Positions 25,187-31,676 of a stretch of DNA of 31,676 nucleotides are shown in pieces. The stretch covers positions 1-31,676 of IMG/VR virus record IMGVR_UViG_3300044831_000021. One strand, written 5' to 3'. Made by a program: the position numbers and the translations under genes. This DNA comes from a virus (lineage: Duplodnaviria; Caudoviricetes). A model generated the notes under the pieces. The model saw only the letters and a program-made list of their open reading frames with translations, ran no database searches and was not told the origin of the DNA. The stretch's first letter is position 1. Every line of letters starts with the position of its first letter.

Positions 25187-25504
25187 ATGAACTCGTTTTT
25201 CACAAAATGTTTTCGTAGCGCCGTGCTGGCCATGATGCTCCTGCTTTCAGGGCTGGCAAGCATGGTCTGCTTCTCATACGACGCAGATGGCGACGAGAGC
25301 ACTCCTCCAGTGACGATCGAGTTCAATGGTGTTGTTCCCAGCAAGAAAAGCATTCAGATTCCAAAACCACATTCGACCGCAGCCGCGCACCACGTTCGCG
25401 ATGCACAGCCGGCTTCTCTCGCCCTGTTGGTTTCCACGGACTTCTCGTCCGCTCCCTTGCTTGACAAAGGATCACCGCAACTCCTCGTTCCACTCAGGAC
25501 CTAA
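25187..25504 (+). CDS. Small membrane-anchored protein with C-x3-DxDGD-x-T-x-VTIEF and C-terminal PLRT (paralog 2)
   Basis: ATG within ORF 25157..25504. TM helix then CFSYDADGDESTPPVTIEF; ends LLVPLRT. Confidence 0.78.
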   Translation: MNSFFTKCFRSAVLAMMLLLSGLASMVCFSYDADGDESTPPVTIEFNGVVPSKKSIQIPKPHSTAAAHHVRDAQPASLALLVSTDFSSAPLLDKGSPQLLVPLRT

Positions 25505-25821
25505 TCCAAGGCCCCAATCCCTCTTTTTTCGTCGTAAACAGTCCAGGCATTCAAGCACATTGCGCTCGCTAATGAGCGCGATGATTAGATCAAGCTCACC
25601 CAGTTTCGTTATGGAGCTTGGACCGCCTGAACTACTGCACAGACGTTAACACCAGCGTTCACGACGAAAACCTCCACGCATAACTTCGATCACTCTACCG
25701 GCATTTTTCGTCCAGTGAGGGATCACACCTACACCTATTAAGAACACCTGTCTGTGGTGCTTTCGGCCCGAAATGTTGGCCGAGTACCAGCAGACCAATG
25801 ACGACTCTGAGGAGATCAACA

Positions 25822-28437
25822 ATGAAACCGTCTTCCGGGACTCTGGCTATTATGCGCATTTTTGTATGGGTAATCGCAATCACCGTGGCCCTTGGATATT
25901 TTGCCCATGTACGCGCGCAGAGCAGCAGGTTGGCTGAACAGGGGATGGTAATTCCTCTGCGTCCGCTTGCTCCTTTATCGACTGTCCCAGTTCCTCCGGT
26001 ATTCGGGATGGAAGGGATTCTTGCCGATAAGACAGCGGCGATTGAGTTAGGCAAAGCTTTGTTTTGGGACATGCAGGCCGGCAGTGACGACATTCAGGCC
26101 TGCGCCAGCTGCCACTTCAACGCGGGAGCAGACAGCCGCGCCATCAACCAGTTGAATCCTGGGCAGGCAGGTGGCGACAACACTTTCCAGATGGGCGTTT
26201 CCGCTAATGGCTCATTAGGACCAAACCACCACTACAGTGCAGGCACGGCAGGCGCGGGTTTTGGCGGCTACCATGACGGAGATTTCCCGTTTCGCAAGGT
26301 GGCCAACGTCGAGGACCGTTTCAGCGTAATTTCCGACGTCAATGATGTCTCTGGTTCCCAGGGGCAATTCGGCCTGACCAATGACAAGATCAAAGTAGAT
26401 GTTCAAAGAAGCTCAAATCTTGATAGCAATACCCGGTCGATCCAGGACCACGAAGATGCCGATCCCGGACAGAATGAGCAGTTCACCTACGGAGTAGATA
26501 CTCCGCACCTGCCCACCGGCAGAAAGGGTCCTGCAAACAGTTCCGGCAAGAATAGGGGCGCGACACAATCAAGCGGCAGCAAAGGGAATCTCATCAGGGG
26601 TTCCGTTACCAACACGAACAGCGTGGAATTGACGACTTCGGTCATTGACCCGGTCTTCTCTTATCCCAATCCTGAAGACTCAACCAAACGGGTTAACGTT
26701 CGCAGAGTAACCGGCCGCAACACGCCGAGCGCAGTGAACGCAGTTTTCAATTTCCGCAATTTCTGGGATGGCCGCGCACAGAACGTTTGCAATGGCGCGA
26801 ACCCCTTTGGCGCTCGCGATAATTCCTTGCACCTGCTGGTCTTAGGCACTGACGGCAAGCTGGGCCCGGCCCACGTGGGTATGGCGAACTCAGCACTGTG
26901 CTCGCAATCGTTGGGTCCGATCCTCAGCAGCGTTGAAATGTCAGCCGATGACAGGAATTTTCACCAGGTGGGCAAGAAACTTCTGGCCCGCACGCCATTG
27001 GGCACGCAGGCGGTCGATCCTACTGACAGCGTTCTGGGAACTCTGTCAAATGCCCCTGGCAAGGGCCTTAAGACCTCTTACTCGACACTGATCCAGCAGG
27101 CGTTTCTGCCGGAATGGTGGCAGTTCTCGCGTCACATCTGCACCGCAGCTGACGGCAGCACGGTAACCAACGTTGACCCGGCGGCATTTGAAACCTGCCC
27201 CTCTGGCACGGACGATTACAGCCAGATGGAGTACAACTTCTCGCTTTTCTGGGGCGTAGCAATCCAGATGTATGAGAGCACACTGATCGCCGATCAGACG
27301 CCTTTTGACAAGTACATGGAACAGCAGAAGACGTACACGCTGATAGGCGACAACCACAATCAGAACTACACCATTCAACTGGCGCCCGGGATTCAGCCCT
27401 ATTCGGTATCAGTGATCGCACTCGATCCGCTGGCTGATTTCACCGACCAGGAAATGGCATATGCCTTTGACTATGGCGATGGACGCGTCATGGGCGTGGG
27501 GCTGGATCAGGGATTCATTGATTACGCTACCGGCAAGCTGACGGTGCAATTCGGAATGCCGCCAGTCAGCACGTTCCCCATCAAGATCAGCTACTCCGTG
27601 GGCGCCACGCCAATGACCACGGGCCAGTTACGCGGTCTGCTCGTGTTCCAGACGAAAGGGCGTTGCGTTAACTGCCATGGCGGACCGGAGCTTTCCAACG
27701 CGTCCGTAGGCACGGTGAGCACCGTTGGCCCGGCGGAACGCATGATCATGGCCGACATGCAGGTCCGGGTTTATGACACCGGCTACTACCACATCGGCGT
27801 ACGGCCCACCGCGGAAGATGGCGGACTGGCTGGTACAGATCCGGTAGCAGGAAAGTCGTTATCACAATCGGAATATCTGAGAGAGCGCGTTTGCGACGAT
27901 CCCTCCGAGGCAATCATGATCCCTGGACGCCCGGGAGACGGCATCTCCATGGCGCCCCTGAATTGCGGCGACGAAACGGCGCGGGGCGGCTTCTTCAAAG
28001 CGCCGCAACTGCGCAACGTGGCACTGACCGCTCCTTATTTCCACAATGGCAGCCAGTTAACGCTGGAACAAGTGGTTGAGTTCTACGACCGAGGCGGCGA
28101 CTTCAATACCTTTGGTGAAGAACATCAATACATGGATGCTGACATCGACAACCTGGGGCTTACTCTTCAGGACAAGACCGATCTGGTCGATTTCATGCGC
28201 AACGGCCTAACCGACTCGCGCACGGTAAACCAATCAGCGCCTTTTGATCACCCACAACTGCTTACTCCCAACGGCCACCCTCAAGGAGCCAACGGGTACC
28301 CAGTTCAACCTGACCCGAAACATCCGGGGCAGGCCACATCGCAGTTAATGGAAGTTCCAGCGGTCGGGAAAAATGGCGGCAAACCGCTGCCGACGTTCCT
28401 GGAAAACATGCTGGGGGTGACCAATGGCTCCAACTAA
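25822..28437 (+). CDS. Large secreted di-haem cytochrome c peroxidase / MauG-family protein
   Basis: GAGGAG RBS and signal peptide. LGKALFWD, CASCH (26101-26115), RNTPS...NFWDGRA, CVNCH (27664-27678), FKAPQLRNVALTAPYFHNG. Confidence 0.92.
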   Translation: MKPSSGTLAIMRIFVWVIAITVALGYFAHVRAQSSRLAEQGMVIPLRPLAPLSTVPVPPVFGMEGILADKTAAIELGKALFWDMQAGSDDIQACASCHFNAGADSRAINQLNPGQAGGDNTFQMGVSANGSLGPNHHYSAGTAGAGFGGYHDGDFPFRKVANVEDRFSVISDVNDVSGSQGQFGLTNDKIKVDVQRSSNLDSNTRSIQDHEDADPGQNEQFTYGVDTPHLPTGRKGPANSSGKNRGATQSSGSKGNLIRGSVTNTNSVELTTSVIDPVFSYPNPEDSTKRVNVRRVTGRNTPSAVNAVFNFRNFWDGRAQNVCNGANPFGARDNSLHLLVLGTDGKLGPAHVGMANSALCSQSLGPILSSVEMSADDRNFHQVGKKLLARTPLGTQAVDPTDSVLGTLSNAPGKGLKTSYSTLIQQAFLPEWWQFSRHICTAADGSTVTNVDPAAFETCPSGTDDYSQMEYNFSLFWGVAIQMYESTLIADQTPFDKYMEQQKTYTLIGDNHNQNYTIQLAPGIQPYSVSVIALDPLADFTDQEMAYAFDYGDGRVMGVGLDQGFIDYATGKLTVQFGMPPVSTFPIKISYSVGATPMTTGQLRGLLVFQTKGRCVNCHGGPELSNASVGTVSTVGPAERMIMADMQVRVYDTGYYHIGVRPTAEDGGLAGTDPVAGKSLSQSEYLRERVCDDPSEAIMIPGRPGDGISMAPLNCGDETARGGFFKAPQLRNVALTAPYFHNGSQLTLEQVVEFYDRGGDFNTFGEEHQYMDADIDNLGLTLQDKTDLVDFMRNGLTDSRTVNQSAPFDHPQLLTPNGHPQGANGYPVQPDPKHPGQATSQLMEVPAVGKNGGKPLPTFLENMLGVTNGSN

Positions 28438-28540
28438 TTTCCGGCACAACGCGGTTCGACGAGAGTTAAACGATTTCCCCCTATCAGCACGGCAGAGCAC
28501 GTTAACGAAATTGAAGGACGACGACGGAAGGAGCTTCAAA

Positions 28541-31201
28541 ATGACGGGTTTCGAGCAAACAAAAAATATTCTGAGGGTAGCGGGTGTTCTGCTGTTGCTG
28601 ATGATGGTGATGGGCGCGAGCATGTCAGCCCAGAGCCTGAATCCGGTCCCCTTTCCAACGCCGGCAGTGGTTCCTCCGCCTCCGGCCATCATGCCAGCCT
28701 ACCAAAGCATCCCTGCTGGCGTCTTTCCCGCGGGGCAGATGCAATATGCCTCTCTGGACGCAAGTCCTGGGCTGTGCAACAAGGATGACAATCCGGCCCC
28801 CACGCCTGATAATCCGCCGCTGCCTGCTGGCTGCAAGATGACGGGTGGCTGGATGCAGGTTAACGATGAGTTGATCCGCATCCCGGCAGGCACCATCGTC
28901 GTGATGCCGAACACCTTCCTTACCTGGGAAGAGGTGTTCGAATTCAACCCCAATGTTCACCAAGCCGATGCCGTGAAGGAAACCGGACTGGCGATGGCTG
29001 ATGTGGTCAGGTTCCCCGGCACGTACGAAGTCGGAATCGACGCCAATATCGTCAATGGACAGCACATTGCGGGCATCGTCCGCATCGCCCAGGATCCCCT
29101 CAACAGTATCTCTGGCTTCATTGAGAAGATCGACTATGCCAACGGCGTGCTCTATGTCGCCGGACAGAGAATCCAGCTCAACGATCCGAAGATCACGATC
29201 TCCATTCCCAACCCCGATGGCTCACCAACGGGTCAGGTCGTTACCAAGGGCCGTTACAGCGCCGGACAGTCGCCTGATATCCGCATGCAGGTAGACCAGG
29301 GCAATCCGACGGTACGCACCGCGATGGGCTATCCCATGTGTGTACCGGTGGTAGCTCCCGGAACCTACAACAATGAACTGGGCATTCCGGGTGTTCCTGA
29401 CCCGTACGTTCTGGTTGCTCCTCCTGGCTCGACCCTTACGGGCATGGACGATCCCCAGTGTCCGGAGATCAACCGGCCGCGCGATCCCAACGGTCTCGGA
29501 CTTCTACCAACCTTCATCATGAACGGGCCGGGCGATGCACCGACCCCTGACAACCCATTTCCCCAGGATCCGTACGCAGAGATGCCCTACGAAGTGGGCG
29601 ATTTCGTGGATGTCATTGCCACGCAGGAAGTCGATGCTCTTGGCCCGTACATGACGGCGACCGAAGTTGTAGGCAACGTGGGTAGCTATACCGCCCCGGG
29701 CGTCGATCCCGCTTACATCGTGGTGGAAACCACGATCATGGGCACGTCAGGCATGCCTGATCCTCTGTTCCCGCAGGAAGCCGGCGTAAGAACCAGGGTG
29801 GAAGGTTTCAGCACTGACTCGACGCGCAACATAGATGTTTCCGCGATCGATATGGACTGCAACGGCAACGTGACTTTCCGCGAACCCTCCTGGGTTGCGA
29901 ACTTCACCGTTGAGCCAGGACTACCCGGAATCGGCAAAAAAGGACGCTGGCGCGTACGTTTCCCGCAGGGCGGTAATTTCGAGCCTCCCACGCAGAACAT
30001 TGGCGCACGCATCAGCGGCGGCGTGCTGGGTAAGAACAAGAGCGGTCTGGATTTCGATGAATACCAGTTGCCCACCGGAGAGTTTCTCTATCCGGAACTT
30101 CTGGTGCCGGGCAATCCTCCGCCTCGCAACAATTTCCGCGACTTCCAGTATCTGTCCAACGGCTCAGGTCCGCTGCCTTTGATTGGTAGTGTCTTTGAAA
30201 GTAACCAGCTCCAGTTGGGCCTGGCTCCGTCGAATTTCTATCCCAACCAAAATTCCATCCAACTCAGTCCGTTCCCGGATGACACGCTGCCTCCGTTGAC
30301 GTGCACACCTGGCACCTTTACTTCGGTTGCCCGGCCCGTCTTCACTTCAGCGCCGAATCCGCCGTTTGCGGGTGTAACCGTCACCCTGGACGGAACGGCC
30401 AGCACTCCGCCGACCGGTCCGTTTTCCTGGGCGCAGATCATCAATCCTGGCGATCCGGTCGTGACGATTCTGAACGCCAACAAAGCCAAAGCTACCTTCG
30501 TAGCTCCCGTAGTGGCAGGCCCGCAGAACCTGGCCTTCCAACTGATTGTGGGCGGCGACGCATTTACGCCGGCCTCAGCTCCTGCAACCGTGCTGGTGCC
30601 GATCATTGTACCGCCGCCAGGCACGCCTCCAACCGTTTCCGCCAGCTCGTCTCCGGCTAACAATGTTGCCAGCGGCGCTCTTGTAACGCTCACTGCCAGC
30701 GCGGTTGATCCTTCGAGTGGAGCTCTCACCTTTAACTGGACGGCTCCGGCTGGAATCGTCCTTACACCGGCAGCTCCTGATGGTTCGGTGCAAACCTTCA
30801 TCGCACCCATCGTTCCGCAGCTCACGGCACCACAGTCATTCACCTTCTCCGTAACGGCGACAAGCGCCGCCAGCGGTCTGACCAGCGCTCCGGTGAGCGT
30901 AACCGTGATTGTCAATCCGCAGGCTGACATCATTCAGGTCACCGTGGCGACTTACAGGACGAAGAAAGCGCGTCTTGTGGTGACCGCCACCGACTTCACT
31001 CCGGGTGTAGAGATAACTTGCACCTTGGACATCATCAACCAGGCAACAGGGTTGCCGTACTCGGCCGTCATGGGACCGAGCATTCCGTCGGCGCCGGGTG
31101 TGTTCCAGGTGTTCTTCACCAACATACCGCCGCCGAACGTAATCACTCTCACCTCGACCGGAGGTGGAAGCTCAACCACTGGCATAACAACCCTGAGGTA
31201 A
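28541..31201 (+). CDS. Secreted Pro-rich protein with C-terminal PKD/Ig-like domains (about 886 aa)
   Basis: AAGGAG RBS before ATG 28541 and a signal peptide. Two PKD-like repeats (VTLDGTAS...FSWAQ...ATFVAP; VTLTASAVD...FNWTA...TFIAP). Confidence 0.85.
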   Translation: MTGFEQTKNILRVAGVLLLLMMVMGASMSAQSLNPVPFPTPAVVPPPPAIMPAYQSIPAGVFPAGQMQYASLDASPGLCNKDDNPAPTPDNPPLPAGCKMTGGWMQVNDELIRIPAGTIVVMPNTFLTWEEVFEFNPNVHQADAVKETGLAMADVVRFPGTYEVGIDANIVNGQHIAGIVRIAQDPLNSISGFIEKIDYANGVLYVAGQRIQLNDPKITISIPNPDGSPTGQVVTKGRYSAGQSPDIRMQVDQGNPTVRTAMGYPMCVPVVAPGTYNNELGIPGVPDPYVLVAPPGSTLTGMDDPQCPEINRPRDPNGLGLLPTFIMNGPGDAPTPDNPFPQDPYAEMPYEVGDFVDVIATQEVDALGPYMTATEVVGNVGSYTAPGVDPAYIVVETTIMGTSGMPDPLFPQEAGVRTRVEGFSTDSTRNIDVSAIDMDCNGNVTFREPSWVANFTVEPGLPGIGKKGRWRVRFPQGGNFEPPTQNIGARISGGVLGKNKSGLDFDEYQLPTGEFLYPELLVPGNPPPRNNFRDFQYLSNGSGPLPLIGSVFESNQLQLGLAPSNFYPNQNSIQLSPFPDDTLPPLTCTPGTFTSVARPVFTSAPNPPFAGVTVTLDGTASTPPTGPFSWAQIINPGDPVVTILNANKAKATFVAPVVAGPQNLAFQLIVGGDAFTPASAPATVLVPIIVPPPGTPPTVSASSSPANNVASGALVTLTASAVDPSSGALTFNWTAPAGIVLTPAAPDGSVQTFIAPIVPQLTAPQSFTFSVTATSAASGLTSAPVSVTVIVNPQADIIQVTVATYRTKKARLVVTATDFTPGVEITCTLDIINQATGLPYSAVMGPSIPSAPGVFQVFFTNIPPPNVITLTSTGGGSSTTGITTLR

Positions 31202-31214
31202 CCAGTTAACCAAC

Positions 31215-31240
31215 GGCTGCCGGGCTTCGGCCCGGCAGCC
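31215..31240 (+). terminator. Strong GC hairpin with UUCG tetraloop (terminator or mRNA-stabilising stem)
   Basis: GGCTGCCGGGC-TTCG-GCCCGGCAGCC, a perfect 11-bp stem; no U-tract follows. Confidence 0.55.
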
Positions 31241-31326
31241 CAAACTTGAATCGCTGCCAGTCTGTGAATTTCAAGAAACAGGGTGGCAAGGAATCAGCAG
31301 AAGAACAAATAAGAGAGGAACCGAAC

Positions 31327-31676
31327 ATGAACTCCAAACCTACGCGGGCCCCCAGCAAGGATCTGCAGTCAAACGATAATTCCTTGCTAACTCGCTTCGC
31401 GACACGCATTGCGGCCATCGCGCTAATAACTCTGCTGTCAGCGGTCAGCGCATTCGCTTCACCTAGTAAGCAGATTGCCAACCAGGGTATCAACCAGCCC
31501 CGCGGTATGGTTCGCTCCACTGTACCTAACCCTGTGATCGGCGGCTTGCCGCTCCATGATTATTGGGTCGCGGACACAGTCCTTGGTTTCTGCCGCATTG
31601 ACCAGGTGCCTGACCCGGCCAATCCGCCGCTCACGCACGGTGTGCTCAATGCGGGCACCTGCCTTGCTACCGGCAT
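31327..31676 (+). CDS. 5' part of a secreted protein, possibly a beta-propeller (runs off the window)
   Basis: Not in the ORF track because it has no stop. GAGGA RBS. MNSKPTR...IAAIALITLLSAVSAFA signal, then QPRGM...YWVADTVLGFCRID. Confidence 0.75.
   Translation, partial: MNSKPTRAPSKDLQSNDNSLLTRFATRIAAIALITLLSAVSAFASPSKQIANQGINQPRGMVRSTVPNPVIGGLPLHDYWVADTVLGFCRIDQVPDPANPPLTHGVLNAGTCLATG

Overview
Positions 1 to ~23553 are the right-hand (morphogenesis) half of a transposable, Mu-like prophage with a non-contractile tail. Gene order is DUF3486/Mu gp27-type small terminase, large terminase, portal, gpF-like head protein, ChaB-like protein, fused protease-scaffold-major capsid protein, neck genes, tail tube, chaperones, tape measure, then Dit-like, gpL-like and gpJ-like tail-tip genes. 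The prophage ends in three phased ACTGCA-N7-KCGCCC repeats and a terminal CA, the expected form of a transposase-binding end. Just outside lies a sigma70 promoter and an intact tRNA-Phe(GAA). Host DNA follows: two paralogous small membrane proteins with DxDGD and C-terminal PLRx motifs, a large di-haem MauG/cytochrome c peroxidase-family gene, a Pro-rich secreted protein and a partial secreted protein. The most notable observations are (1) a minimal intein-like Hint domain on the C-terminus of the tail-tip protein, (2) an Acb2/Tad1-like putative anti-defence sponge gene inside the tail operon, next to three abutting hairpins with covarying stems and a conserved loop, (3) the same carbohydrate-binding-like module inserted inside two different tail-tip proteins, and (4) the paralogous DxDGD/PLRx putative leader proteins. 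All family assignments come from recognised motifs and gene order; no database searches were run.
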